64,000 bases of DNA from Hormiphora californensis (lineage: Eukaryota; Animalia; Ctenophora). The position numbers and the translations under genes were made by a program. Positions 1 to 13,200 of this stretch are shown here, piece by piece. Location of the stretch: NCBI GenBank assembly GCA_020137815.1, contig CM035353.1, positions 5,084,001-5,148,000 on the forward strand, in the 5' to 3' direction. Every line of letters starts with the position of its first letter. Position 1 is the first letter of the stretch. The notes under the pieces were generated by a model. That model had not been told where the DNA came from. It made no database searches and saw nothing but the letters and a program-made list of their open reading frames with translations.

Positions 1-760
1 GAAAAGGTTAGCGGTGTGTTCAAGTACTCGATAGATCGGTGTACTGGAGAAACATATGGCTTTGAATCCTTTCCAGAAGCCATCCCAGATACACCAGAGA
101 GAGTTTGGAGGATGACTAAGAGTCCAGACGGGCTTCAGATCCATTGTAATGGGTTGAAAGTACTAGACTACATCTTCAATAGTGATCCTACCAATGAAAA
201 ACTATAGAAACGCTGCGTGGACCTTTGGTCAGGAGAATCAAATAAGGGGCACTGACGAAATTTTACTATTATAGATGGGGGGAAAAAAGAGGCGAGGTAA
301 GATTCTGCGATTTGGTTTTAATTAAACTATTAAAATTTTAAATTTTTTGACAAATAAATTTTTTGTCCCCTTTTTAAAATTTAATTTTTTCTTATTTTCT
401 ATTTTTTGCCCTGCCCTGCCAAACCCCCATTTTGGAATCACCCCGATCCCCCCCGATAGGGACGTTTAAAAATGGTAAATGGGAAAAGAACAAGAAAAAA
501 CCCCTAGAATGTTAAATGAAAACAGGACCTGGACTTTCACCAAAAATGTTTGGGAAAGTGGTTTTTGGGGCAACTTTAACAATTTGGGAACAATTTCCCG
601 GGGTGGTTTTGGGGAAGAAAGTCACCTAATTTAAAAATTGGGCATAGAACTGGGGCAATTTTTTTTCATAAAAACAAAGGGGGAGCTTTTGGTTTTAGTT
701 CGCGTTTACAAAGTAAAATTTTGTTTTTTGTTTTTTTAAATTTCTTTTTATAACTCTATT
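1..760 (+). pseudogene. Degraded tandem copy of 3049-3780 (exons 2-3 of the CCP gene), or a low-quality assembly copy
   Basis: 1-240 is nearly identical to 3049-3290. It then becomes progressively noisier with homopolymer expansions, and has a frameshift near 200. Confidence 0.6.
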
Positions 761-1079
761 ATGGGCCCAAAAAATAAAACCCGAAATTTTTGGCTGGAAA
801 GGTGACCATTTTGTTGTAAAAATGACAAAATTGCCCCCTCCCCCGGGTTTTATTTATATCTTTTTCCCCCCTCTCATTTTTATCTCTCTCTATTTCTCTT
901 TTTCCCCTTTCTCTCTCTCTTTCTTCTCTCCCCACCCCTCTCTCCTCTCCCCTCCTTTTCCTCTCCCCCTCTCTCCCCCCCTCTTTTTTTTCCCCCTATT
1001 TTTCTCCTTTCCCCTTTTTCAAACTCCCCGATTTTTAAAACCCCCTTTTTTTTTACCCCCCCGATGATATCCTAACCCG

Positions 1080-2097
1080 GGGCCCGGGGAAAGGTGGGCC
1101 CGTTTTACAACAAAAGGGGCACCTTTTTTCCCCCACCATTTCTGTTGTTTTTTTTTGGGATAATTGGGATAAATTTTTTGGGGAATTTTTTTTGAAAGGA
1201 AAAAAACGATGGAAAACAAAGTCTGGACGTGTAAAAGACCGCCAAGAATCGCTAAAATACGAAAATTTCAATTTTGACGTCATTATGACGTCATAGCGTG
1301 ACGTCACGACGTTATATACGTCATGATAGGGATTGCATTTATTATTAGGCTCATCTAGATAAAGATGCTGACCAAGTTGAGATCGATTGGATAAGAATTG
1401 AGGTCGCTATGGCGAAAAACGTACTATCGTCATATCTATTTTCATACAGTCTTAACCACTTCAGAAGCGATTTGAGACCCTTAGAAATAGAGTTTCACAA
1501 ATTCGCGATATAGTTTCTGAAAGTATAGACGATTATCTTTCGTAAGTGTGGATCTCTGTTTTTCAATCAGAAGCGTCTTTAGGGTGTAAATTGAGCTCAA
1601 AGAAATTTGGTTGAGTTGAAAAAACTCTTATCTTTATGACAGTTTGTAAGACGTTCTGGTTGGACCTAGAACATGAAAACTATTCGTCTACACAATTTGA
1701 ACGATTATCTTTCGAATGCAACAAACGAGAAGTGTCTATCTTATGTCGTTTTCTCTCAAAAATGATTATAAATTTGGTAAAAACAGCGTCTATCCATAGA
1801 TAGATACATAGATAGATAGATAGATACATAGATAGACCCGGGACATTTATTGCTTTTTTCACGATGCCATATCTCTAAAACTAAAAGAGATAGAGACTTG
1901 CCCTTTTAAACTACAGTAGATCTAGACTATGTGACACTGTATACCAAATTTCAGACTGATCGGTGCAGTGGGGGCCTCGCTATGGGCGTCGCAAAATGCC
2001 ATTTTTGGCTAAAAACTGAAAAAAGTTATTACTGCACTCTGGCACGCGCGGCTGGGGGGAGGGGATGGTCACCTTTGCGCTTGCCAGCGCAGTGATA
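1080..2097 (+). mobile_element. Helentron/DINE-1-like non-autonomous element, copy 1
   Basis: Terminal hairpin TGCGCTTGCCAGCGCA next to a CACCTTT sub-terminal repeat at 2069-2095, internal (TAGA)n at about 1797-1836, and GACGTCA-rich blocks shared with 20973-22175 and 60232-63530. Confidence 0.6.
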
Positions 2098-2265
2098 TTG
2101 TGTTGAGATCAGAGAGAGGGGAGAGAAAGGGGATAGAGAGAGGGAGATGAAGACTGAAGAGAGAAGAGAAGGAGCCGAGAGAGATATAGAGAGATAGAGA
2201 GAGCGAGAGAGATGATAGAGAGAGGATTAAGAGAGAGAGAGCTCGGCTGCCAGAGCTTCTCTCAT

Positions 2266-2276
2266 CTCTCTCGCTA

Positions 2277-2373
<97 letters not shown>

Positions 2374-2381
2374 CTCTCTCT
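2266..2381. repeat. (CT)n/(GA)n microsatellite region
   Basis: Direct dinucleotide run. Similar runs occur at 16743-16817, 36748-36782, 43967-44045, 46054-46137, 52187-52413, 52529-52623 and 56010-56192. Confidence 0.95.
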
Positions 2382-2749
2382 TGTTCCCCCCTCTCTTCCT
2401 CTAGAGCCGAGAGTCTCATGCCTTGCACAATTGTTTGTTCCGTCGGATAGAACATTGCTATCAATCTAAGTGTCCTTTGCTGTGTCGAGACTATAATGGT
2501 CAATCGGAATCTGAGTCCGGACACGTACGCTTCAAAAACATTGCTTGCCTGTGCTGTACATTGCTTGCCTGTGCTACTACTTAAGCGACTAATAATAATC
2601 TTTTGTGGGGGTCTAAGCTTACTTAGATCAAGGTCATATTTGAGCTGTTAATCCCTGGTAGCTTTAAACTCATTTGTCTTTTGCCCAACCGCTCCTTTCC
2701 ATAATACATCACATCGTTTACGGTTTATCACACAGTTCTACATTTAGAC

Positions 2750-3585
2750 ATGGAAAAGCCTCTGATTCAGATACTTGGTATTTTTCTCATTATTTTGACG
2801 GTGTCTGCTGATATACCAACAGGTAAATTTAGCTCGTCAAATTTTTAATATTTATGATCATTTTTATTATCGAAAGCACTAATTACGGGCTCTAGTTATA
2901 AATTGAGGGTTAAGTTTTCTAAACTGTTTTAGAGTGGAGTGATACTAAAGAAATTGAAGAACAAATTAACGACACCTTTCCTGTTGAGCTCCTAGCAGTA
3001 GGTGATGGAAAGATTTCCATCAGCTTCTACAGAAGTGAGGTTGCCATTGAAAAGGTTAGCGGTGTGTTCAAGTACTCGATAGATCGGTGTACTGGAGAAA
3101 CATATGGCTTTGAATCCTTTCCAGAAGCCATCCCAGATACACCAGAGAGAGTTTGGAGGATGACTAAGAGTCCAGACGGGCTTCAGATCCATTGTAATGG
3201 GTTGAAAGTACTGGACTACTTCTTCAATAGTGATCCTACCAATGAAAACTATAGAAAACGCTGCGTGGACCTTTGGTCAGGAGAATCAAAAGGGACACTG
3301 ACGATTTGGACTATTATAGATGGGGGCACAAAGAAGATGCGAGGTAAGATTCTGCGATTGGTTCAATTATCTATTGAAATAGATCTATTTGACAAATAGT
3401 ATTTGTCCCTTTTTAATTAATTCCTTCTTATTTTCTAGTTGTTGCGTGCCCTGCAATCCCCCAGTATGGAATCACCCAGATCCAGCCGATAGGGACGGTA
3501 ATGATGGTACAATGCAAAAAGAAACAAAGAATGAGACCCATAGAATGTACTGAAGACAGGACCTGGACTACACCTAAATGTGTTG
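2750..3585 (+). CDS. Secreted protein with signal peptide and Sushi/CCP-like domain; later exons not identified
   Basis: Exons 2750-2822 (MEKPLIQILGIFLIILTVSADIPT), 2933-3343 and 3439-3585 (CPAIP...VQC...IECTEDRTWTTPKC, CCP-like Cys/Trp pattern), all with phase-1 GT-AG junctions. It lies antisense within the ATP9 intron that follows exon 14. Confidence 0.7.
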
Positions 3586-4233
3586 GTAAGTGGTTTTGGG
3601 TCAACTGTACAATTTGGGAACACTTTACGGGCTGGTTAGGGGAGAGAAAGTCACCTAATTTAACATTGGACAGAGAACTGGGGCAATTGTTCATAAAAGC
3701 AGTGCAGGGCTAGCTTTTGTGTTTCAATTCGTGTATACAACGTAAATTAATTGTTTGTTGTTTTTAATTACTTTTTATAATTATATCTATATTGTGTACC
3801 CTCTAACCCTTCTACCCTCTACTCGCTTGGGGAGGGCCCTGTTTACACGGGCCCGTTTGGGACGTTCGAATTTTTGTTAAACAACATATTCAATTCCGTC
3901 CCAAGCGTGCATCCATGCCTAGGGTGCTCCCCTTGCAATTAGGCGGGAACCTCTACCCTATAGCTTTTTAGCGTTCCTCCCTTAGTTCCTTCAAACATCT
4001 CCATAATCCAGCAAAATAGGAACTGATCACCCCAGTGGCCTGGGGATTCCACCTTTTTGAACCGCTGTGTGTGTTTCAGTGTGCGAATTTTATTTTCCTC
4101 ACAGAGGCCGAACTGCTAATATATTACGGACTATTTTTGAGTGTGTTTTACATTTGTATGAACTGTTATATACTACTAATGTTTTTCAATCAATGAATCA
4201 TTTACTGAAAGTAGCTAAATTAATTATACTGAC

Positions 4234-7200
4234 CTATGTTAGCCATCACAATATCAGCTCCCTTCATTATGAACGTGATCTCACCAGTCGCAGTGTCCCT
4301 GATAACAACAGAGAGAGATAATAATTAGAGCAAAATAATTTGAGCAAAATAATAATCAAATAATTAACACACCTCTCACGACGAGAGATTCATTAATTAA
4401 TTAGTTCATTAATTAATTAAGTGAGTCACACCTGACAATGATCCCCATGCGCTTGCTCTCGCTGGTAAATGGAAAAATGACAAGGATTTCTAGTTCCTCA
4501 ATTCCACCCGTGGGTGTCCTCAATTTCATCAACTGCCTGCAAAGTTCAGAGTTTTAAATTACAAATGGAAATCAAGTTTAAATCCTAGTAAAGAGTTTAT
4601 AATGGAGGATATCCCAGGACACAAATTTGCGATATTGAAGAACTTAAGAAAAATTACCTGTCTCTGTAGACGAGGGCAAGTCCCACCAATAACTTACCTG
4701 TCTCTGTAGACGAGGGTAAGTCCCACCAATAACTTACCTGTCCCTGTAGACGAGGGTAAGTCCCACCAATAACTTACCTGTCTCTGTAGACGAGGGCAAG
4801 TCCCACCAATAACTTACCTGTCTCTGTAGACGAGGGCTAAGTCCCACCAATAACTTACCTGTCTCTGTAGACGAGGGCAAGTCCCACCAATAACTTACCT
4901 GTCTCTGTAGACGAGGGCAAGTCCCACCAATAACTTACCTGTCTCTGTAGACGAGGGCAAGTCCCACCAATAACTTACCTGTCTCTGTAGACGAGGGCAA
5001 GTCCCACCAATAACTTACCTGTCTCTGTAGACGAGGGCAAGTCCCACCAATAACTTACCTGTCTCTGTAGACGAGGGCAAGGCCCACCAATAACTTACCT
5101 GTCCCTGTAGACGAGGGTAAGTCCCACCAATAACTTACCTGTCTCTGTAGACGAGGGCAAGTCCCACCAATAACTTACCTGTCTCTGTAGACGAGGGCAA
5201 GGCCCACCAATAACTTACCTGTCTCTGTAGACGAGGGTAAGTCCCACCAATAACTTACCTGTCTCTGTAGACGAGGGTAAGGCCCACCAATAACTTACCT
5301 GTCTCTGTAGACGAGGGCAAGTCCCACCAATAACTTACCTGTCTCTGTAGACGAGGGTAAGTCCCACCAATAACTTACCTGTCTCTGTAGACGAGGGTAA
5401 GGCCCACCAATAACTTACCTGTCTCTGTAGACGAGGGCAAGTCCCACCAATAACTTACCTGTCTCTGTAGACGAGGGTAAGTCCCACCAATAACTTACCT
5501 GTCTCTGTAGACGAGGGCAAGTCCCACCAATAACTTACCTGTCTCTGTAGACGAGGGCAAGTCCCACCAATAACTTACCTGTCTCTGTAGACGAGGGCAA
5601 GTCCCACCAATAACTTACCTGTCTCTGTAGACGAGGGCAAGTCCCACCAATAACTTACCTGTCTCTGTAGACGAGGGTAAGTCCCACCAATAACTTACCT
5701 GTCTCTGTAGACGAGGGCAAGTCCCACCAATAACTTACCTGTCTCTGTAGACGAGGGCAAGTCCCACCAATAACTTACCTGTCTCTGTAGACGAGGGCAA
5801 GTCCCACAAATCACTTACCTGTCTCTGTAGACGAGGGCAAGTCCCACAAATCACTTACCTGTCTCTGTAGACGAGGGCAAGTCCCACCAATAACTTACCT
5901 GTCTCTGTAGACGAGGGTAAGGCCCACCAATAACTTACCTGTCTCTGTAGACGAGGGCAAGTCCCACTTCCTCTGTCCACTCTACCAGTGCTATTTCATC
6001 AGGTGAGGCTGCCTGGTATTGCACCTTCTCATTCATTCCCGGTATATCAATCGCTGGTAGTTTGACGCATGGTGAGTTTTAAACAAACAAACACACACAC
6101 ATATACACATATTTTATGGCATTTATTATCAATTATAACATCTGCCCATACATTTACCCAGCTAATCATGTAGGATTTTATTATGCCTATAAGTTGTACC
6201 TGAAAACTTATAACACGAGACCGAAGGTCGAGTGTTATAAGTGCAACAATAATGATCCGAGACCACAGGTCGAGGCAGATTCTTGTACTTTAGTGCACGA
6301 GCCTGCGAGTGCCACTAAGTGTAACTACCTCACGAGCCTGCGAGTGATGTAGTTTTACTTTTTGACCGAGCCTGCGAGGTCTAAAAGTGTAAGAATCTGG
6401 GACATTATTGTTGACGTCAGGTACAACGAAAATATGCATAATAAAATTGCATTGTAAAATTTTTAAAACAAGAGTGAGAGACACTTTAGGGCGTAACAAT
6501 AGAACGAATTCATGATAAGGTAGCAGGCAGAGATATCAGTATAAGATAAGATAACGCCTGAGATAGGTAAAGAGATTGAGAGATTTAGTGAGATTTAGTG
6601 AGAGTGAGAGAGATAAAAAATGTGTGGGTCCGGGAGTTCGTAACTGTTATCTTGATCTCGGTGCTGCAACGGCTTGAGAGTGTGACATAAAGAAAGAGAA
6701 AGAGAGAGGGAGTTCGTACACTTTTATCTTTCTAACGGTTTTTAAGTGTGACATGGAAACAGTGGAGTTCTAAGTGCAGCGGTGTTATAAGTTTTCATGT
6801 ATCACTGCTAGCAGTTATACATGAAAACTTATAACACTGCCAGCAGTTATACATGAAAACTTATAACACTGCGCAGTGTTATAAGTTGTACAAGCAGTGC
6901 TACCTAAAGAATTATATTATATCTCAAAATTTTACAATGTGTAATTTATTATACCACATTATATGAGCTTGATGCTGTTTGGACGAATAGTAAATATATT
7001 TTGAATGTTGTTAGATACAACTGGCCATATATTAATTGCAGAGCTGTAAAATCACATATAACCTCTAATGACAAGGAAAGAACGGTGGGGCGTGACAAGT
7101 GTGGACTGCCTGTCATGTGATTAACGAAGAAAGAAACACACTATAATTATTGATCACCCACACAAATTTAATTGATATAATGAGCATTATAAGAGTATGT

Positions 7201-10200
7201 CACATCGCAGCTGCAAGACACATCCAATCACTTTGTAATGCAGGGTGTCCCACTATTATTTGGACACACATTAATTAGAACATTCCAGATCACGATGTAC
7301 ATACACAATGTATACACAATGTATACACAATGTATACACAATGTATACACAATGTATTACAATGTACTACACTCGGTGCGGGGCACTCACAGCGACCTCC
7401 CGGGGAGGAGCGAGGAACACTCTGATATGCTGATTGTGCCATGGCAGTTAACTTAACACTCTCCCCGCCACCACCAATATCCTCATCTATCCAAAATCAT
7501 GGGTAGCATGTTATATGATTACTAAACAATTATTTTGGAAATGATTAGTGAAGGGAAGATGACATCTAAAAGATAATCAATTTCTCACAAAACGTATAAT
7601 TTATGCTGGTTCAAAAATCAGAAGCATATAATATCATAATTTTAATCTTCCCCCGCTTAAACCCGTACCGGTACTAAGCCAATATAATTTCATTTTTTTG
7701 TTCTAGTAATAATAAAGTCGTCCAAAACATACAAATGACTTTACAACTTACCTTGGTTGTCAAGTCCGTTGCTAGAACCATCATCACCATCATCACTGTT
7801 TCCACTTGGCGTTACATTGTGACATATTGCCAGGGCTCGAACACTCTCTTTAACTCGATAACTGAGGGTCTTTCGAACCTGCAACAGGAATTATTGCATT
7901 ATATGTATGTATTTGATATGTTCTAACACACGCGAAACAGCGTCTAGACAAGTATTCATAATGCTGTGTTTCCCTGCCCTATCGTTCATATTGTGTCAAT
8001 AGGATCAATCCCAAGGCTTGGTCATAGCCAACTCACATAACACTTGCTAACTAGCTTTCGACATTCTAACCTAACCAATTCTCTAACCTCCATCACTCGC
8101 AAGATGACAATGTGTATGTAACAGTGCAACACGCGAAACACGGGGGAATGTGGGAGAGAGCGTTAGGAGTGTTTAGCCGTAGAAATAGTGGTATATAAAA
8201 GCTTGATGTGTAATTCAATTGTGTTTAATATTTCTGTAAGACGTGAATCTGCTTCGTATAAATATTCTTAATACAGTCGGATCCCGATTTACCGGAACCC
8301 CGGGCGGATAAATTTCTCTGGTAATACCTAAAACAAACAACGCTTTTGCGTGGGGCGCGGTGACGTGGGCGCAGGCCTAGTCGTGTGTTATAATACTCCG
8401 TCGGACTGGAGTTTTGGTAGTTATGGAGCTCCATTGATGAAACTCCATCCATCTAGAGTTTTCCCTAAGGACAGAGGGTCACATAAGATCTGTTCGGGCT
8501 ACTCTCGCCTCCAGAGAGATTCTCATTTTTATCTTTTGGAAATTACCTACAACAGGGACATACCCTTAGAACGGGTAGTGCTAACAACTATTACAAGTAA
8601 AACTCTTTTTATTATCAGAATGGAACAACGATAACCAAACAAAAACTTGCATTTCACAACAAGATTGCCAACATGCGACTAAACCTAGTACTACTTAGCT
8701 AAAGCGTAATACTGTTCAAAATGTTTTTTATTGGTGGGTATTTCCCTTATTCGACCCTCTCTCATCACTGATGGTTTAAGAATATCAATTAGTAAGCTGA
8801 CACGACCAAACATATATCAAGTGCAGTGAGCCAATTCATAACTATTACTAAGCAAATTGTGTAACGGTGATCACCTAGCAACTACACTAAGTACAAGTCT
8901 TGCACGTGCAATTATTAGAGAGACCTGGAGATCTCTCTCCCGGTTTCAGTTGGCTACCAAGGGGAAATTCAATTCTGCACGTGCATTCTTTTGTTTCTGT
9001 CCTGAATCCTGATGTCTAGCTCTTCCACCCCAAGCGCTATTCGGCAACGGTCATCTGGGTCCGGAAGATCTGCTGCTGTCAGGGAGCAGGCTAGGGAATA
9101 TGACAGATTACGCCAACGTGTTCAAGCGAGCCAATCAACGGACAACGACTACGGATAGCTTTACCCAACGTCGCCCAAGGGTGATTACTCCAGTCGAATA
9201 TAGAAATCTCCGAATCGGCTACATAGCGGCGAAGTTTTCACGTGATGAGTTTCTGGAACAGCACTGCACCTCCATGACATTGATCTCTTAAATTCGCACC
9301 TTGACATTGTCAGGAAGCCCAGAGCGTACAACAACATGGGTAGGGAAAAAGTGAGAGATAGGCTAGGAACGGATGGTGCATGTGATGTCGGCGTTCCCTA
9401 ATCCAGCTACCATTTCCCCGAAATTCGCCCGCAGGACGAACGGGCCTACTAGTTCATAACTATGTAATAAAGATCTTCCTGGATCTAGTTTCTAAATTAG
9501 ATACCAGGTAAGCAATCATCTTTAAATTTGATGACATTAGCCTGTCTATGTGGTATCTATCATTATTATAGCTCATGGATAAACTATTTTCTTTGCCGAT
9601 GCTATATATATTATGTAGTTAGATTATTTATTCGGTCCGTTATTTCAATAGTTTTACAAATACCGTTTCTAAAGTGTCAATTTGATTTACTGCATTCTGG
9701 TCTCAACATCGTTAGATTGTTCCTCCGAAGTCGTTGTCTCCGTGATAGACTTCGACCGCTTCCATATTTTCAATGCCCACTCGCACATACTCCGGTATAT
9801 GGAGCTGTAGAAGATGGGGTTTAGAAGGCTGTTGCTAGGCAGCACCACTAAACTAAACACTTCGTAGATAACACCAGGCGGGGCTGCTGGGTTAATCCAG
9901 CTGTAGTAGAGAACGGTCATGATGTAGGACAACCAAGCGACTGCCTGGCTTCCTATTAGCAGAGCGAGCTTTAGAGCGAGCTTACCAACGTAATCGTTGT
10001 TATTTGACCCACTTTTGGATGAGGAACGGATACTTGTTACTAGAATGGAAGCGTAGGAGACGGTGAGCGCACTAAGTAGCACACCAACTATGACACAGTA
10101 TGCGATTTTGTAGTAGAGGTAGCCGGGTTGGTTTTTGAAGATGTTAGCAACACAAATAGGGCTGTTTCCATAGTAACCAATGCTTAGGTAGTCAAAGATC

Positions 10201-13200
10201 GACGGCTTTGATGTTAAATTCCGAAGGTCCGTTAAAACCGAGTCAATCCCCAGTGAATCTCCACCAGTTACAGCTGAGCTTACAGTACGATCATCTTCGA
10301 ATGTGTTATAAGCAAGAGAGTGCATCTTCCTCAGGTGTTCCTCATCATAATGGGATATGAAGGGATTCTCCTGGCCTGCTAGTAACAGGATATCCGTCCG
10401 GAATACCTTCTGGATTGCCGACAAGGGGAGCGCTGGAAGGATGGCATGGACAAGGTTTAGTACTCCGAGTACTAAAGAAATAACCCAAATGGCCCTAATG
10501 GAGATATCCTTCACCAAATCCAAACATGTCATAAACCGTATGGCGCTCATCATGGTTATGAGGAGGAAGGATCCGTGAGAGGAGAAGGAGAAAATGCACC
10601 CAAGAGTAGTACAACTGAGGCTAGATCTCCATTTTTCATCCATTTGGCAATAATCATCAATAGATCGAAGACCCGTCGCAAAAAGTATCAGTACCAGAAG
10701 ATACAGTCCCATCAGCAGATCGTAGAATGCCACCTGCATTCTTAAAATTCTATCGATTTTACCGGTCTTATTATCAGGAGTTGTTTGAATTGTTTCGAAC
10801 CCTATTTTCGTGTTTAGCAGGACAATTGCCAATCCACCGGTAAGGGCGAAGAAACTCAACACATTCGATCGTATGAGAAACTTTCCAGAACTTAGTGGCC
10901 CAGTTGGGCACCCAGCACACTCATCCATACCGTTGACGCAGTCCTTCACTCCGTCGCAAACCTTCTCCTCGCCAATCCAACTCACCTGATCGTGATCCGC
11001 CTCAAGACCACTGCAGTAGAACCTTTCTGGGCAATATAACTCGTCGTGACCATTGTAGCAGTCAATAATGCCATCGCAAACGTGTCCCAAGTCCCGGAGA
11101 TAGTTATTGCTTCCCTGGTCATACCCGAGATCACAAGCAAATATCAGCTCAATGCCGACCCCCGCCAAGGTTGCACTTATTCTTTTACAAAGATCTTTCA
11201 GCCAGCCTGTGTTTTCAAATGAAGCATTGTTTATTCCCTGGATTTCCAGTCGTATAACCTCTTCACAAGCTTTCGCCGTTCTGGAATTTTCTAATGCGGT
11301 ATATAACCCCAGGGCATCGAAAATCTTGTAATCATCTAGTATTATGCGGAGAGTATTAGAAATTGTGTCGATTGTGCGGCAGTCGACACTAGAGTAACCC
11401 TCGCAGGACAATAAAGACAGTTTTTCTGGCAGGTATTGATCTGAACAAAGCTCTGTCTCAAGAATGCATGCTGTGTACGATTTATCGGGGAGACATTGCA
11501 CTTTCACGGTCCCGCTACACATACACTCGTCTGTGCCTCCCTCACAGTTGGCTACACCATCACACACTTGGGAGAAAGGAATGCAACCACCCAGCCTCCC
11601 TGGACAGTAGAATACTGGTTTTCCATCGCACTGGCACTCATCAGTCAAGCAGGCACTATTTCCGTTGCATTTAAACTCTGCTTCATCTCCAAGGGTTTCG
11701 TCTCCAATTACACAAGTTAGATCTATTGTAGATTGAGACTGGATAAACTGCAATAATGTTGGGAGCATGTACTCAGGGGGTTCTCGTTGGTCGAGTTCGG
11801 GTGTCTTTCCGATAAATTGGATAAGATCAAAATTGCCACGGCATTCTATAAAATGGCCACCAAATGGGGTCGCTCTAGTGAAGTTGGCAAAATTCCAAGT
11901 GTAATTCAATTCCTTCCCAGGTCTGTACCTCAGCTGTCTAGCAACACCATCACTACATTTATTTTTCTCATACTCAAAGAAGTTTCCGCCCAAGGGAATT
12001 GTTCTGACTGCTATGATCCTGTACAGGGAGGCTGCTCCAAGATGAACCAGTGAGACCAGGAGAACGCCCTTCAGCATGGTCTGCAGTAGAACTATTTACT
12101 GCGATCGGGAGCCATCCTTTTATATTGTTCGCAGGAGACAATACAGAGGTCGAGGTGTTATTATATTCGGTGCGAATGAAACAATATGGTTCTTTGTTAA
12201 AAAAAGAAACGAGCAATTTCATTTTGTGCGTCACAATAACTAAACTATTTTCTTACAATATAAATAGTTTCGCGATAGTGGTTCGAGTTATAAAAGGCAC
12301 ATACAGAGCTGTTGTTGAGACAGAAGTGATTTCTCTCAAATTTTCTACTTAAATATTCGACTGTTCGTACAACCTTCTTCACTACCGCGATCTACAACGA
12401 TTCTCATTCTTTTATATACCCTGCTAACTTAAATAACCCGCCAGTGGCGAGAAGTCCCACTGGCGCGCTCTCAATATACAGCCAGTCCAGCGGCAGATTA
12501 TTTCCCACTGGCTGGCTGTTTATTATTACTCCTATGTTACATTCAAAGTGTGTGTAAATGATCAGTTCTTACTGAAATACAGAGGGAACACTGTTTGCAA
12601 GAGTTACACACTGCACTGGAGAGAAAGAAACAACACATTCCGTCAATTTCTCTCTCTTTATCTCCCCTTTTGTTTCACTATCTCAATTCCTCTGTGTTAT
12701 GTCTGGCATGCCCCATATCTTGTTATTTCTTTCTCTCTCTCCTTAGTAACTGTTACCAAACAATATACACTCAATTGAGAGATGTTTTTGACTGTTTCTC
12801 AGTTCTCTTTGTGTGTTTTGATTAGTGTTTTCTCTCTTGTTAGTGTGTAATACTTGAAACAAACAACTAAAGCAGGGTATATAACCCATAAACTCTGACC
12901 AATGGCACGTTATTGGTTTAAACCCCTCCGCCTCTCCCTCGGCTCCGCCTCGGGATCGTCGTCGTGATTTAAACCAGTTTATCCGCCACTGGCGGATAAA
13001 CTACAGCTACCTTCTCCCAGCGGCGCGCTGGGAGAAAGGTATCTGAAATAACGTGCCAGTGGCCAGAGTTTATGCCTCATATATCCAGTTGCTTGAGCTC
13101 GAAAGAAGCATAATATACTGTTCCAGTCACGTGCTATCAAAATGAGAGGACGGACACATTTAGTTAACCCCCACTATCTGATGATTTCTAAACCCTGAAT

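Noticed and set aside
300-1220. Homopolymer-rich tract with Phe/Pro/Lys-rich ORFs
   Set aside because: It looks like a low-quality consensus of sequence present cleanly elsewhere (3350-3780 and the Helentron-like end).
4654-5967. CRISPR-like array
   Set aside because: The units are contiguous with no unique spacers, there are no cas genes, the context is eukaryotic, and the unit derives from an ATP9 exon-intron junction.
8860-9480. Possible solo LTR (TGTAAC start, downstream AATAAA)
   Set aside because: No second copy, target duplication or clear CA end could be identified.
10357-12352. Short plus-strand ORFs over the GPCR, and similar antisense ORFs over RBM19, the LINEs and TRP
   Set aside because: Shadow ORFs of real coding regions with no recognisable motifs.
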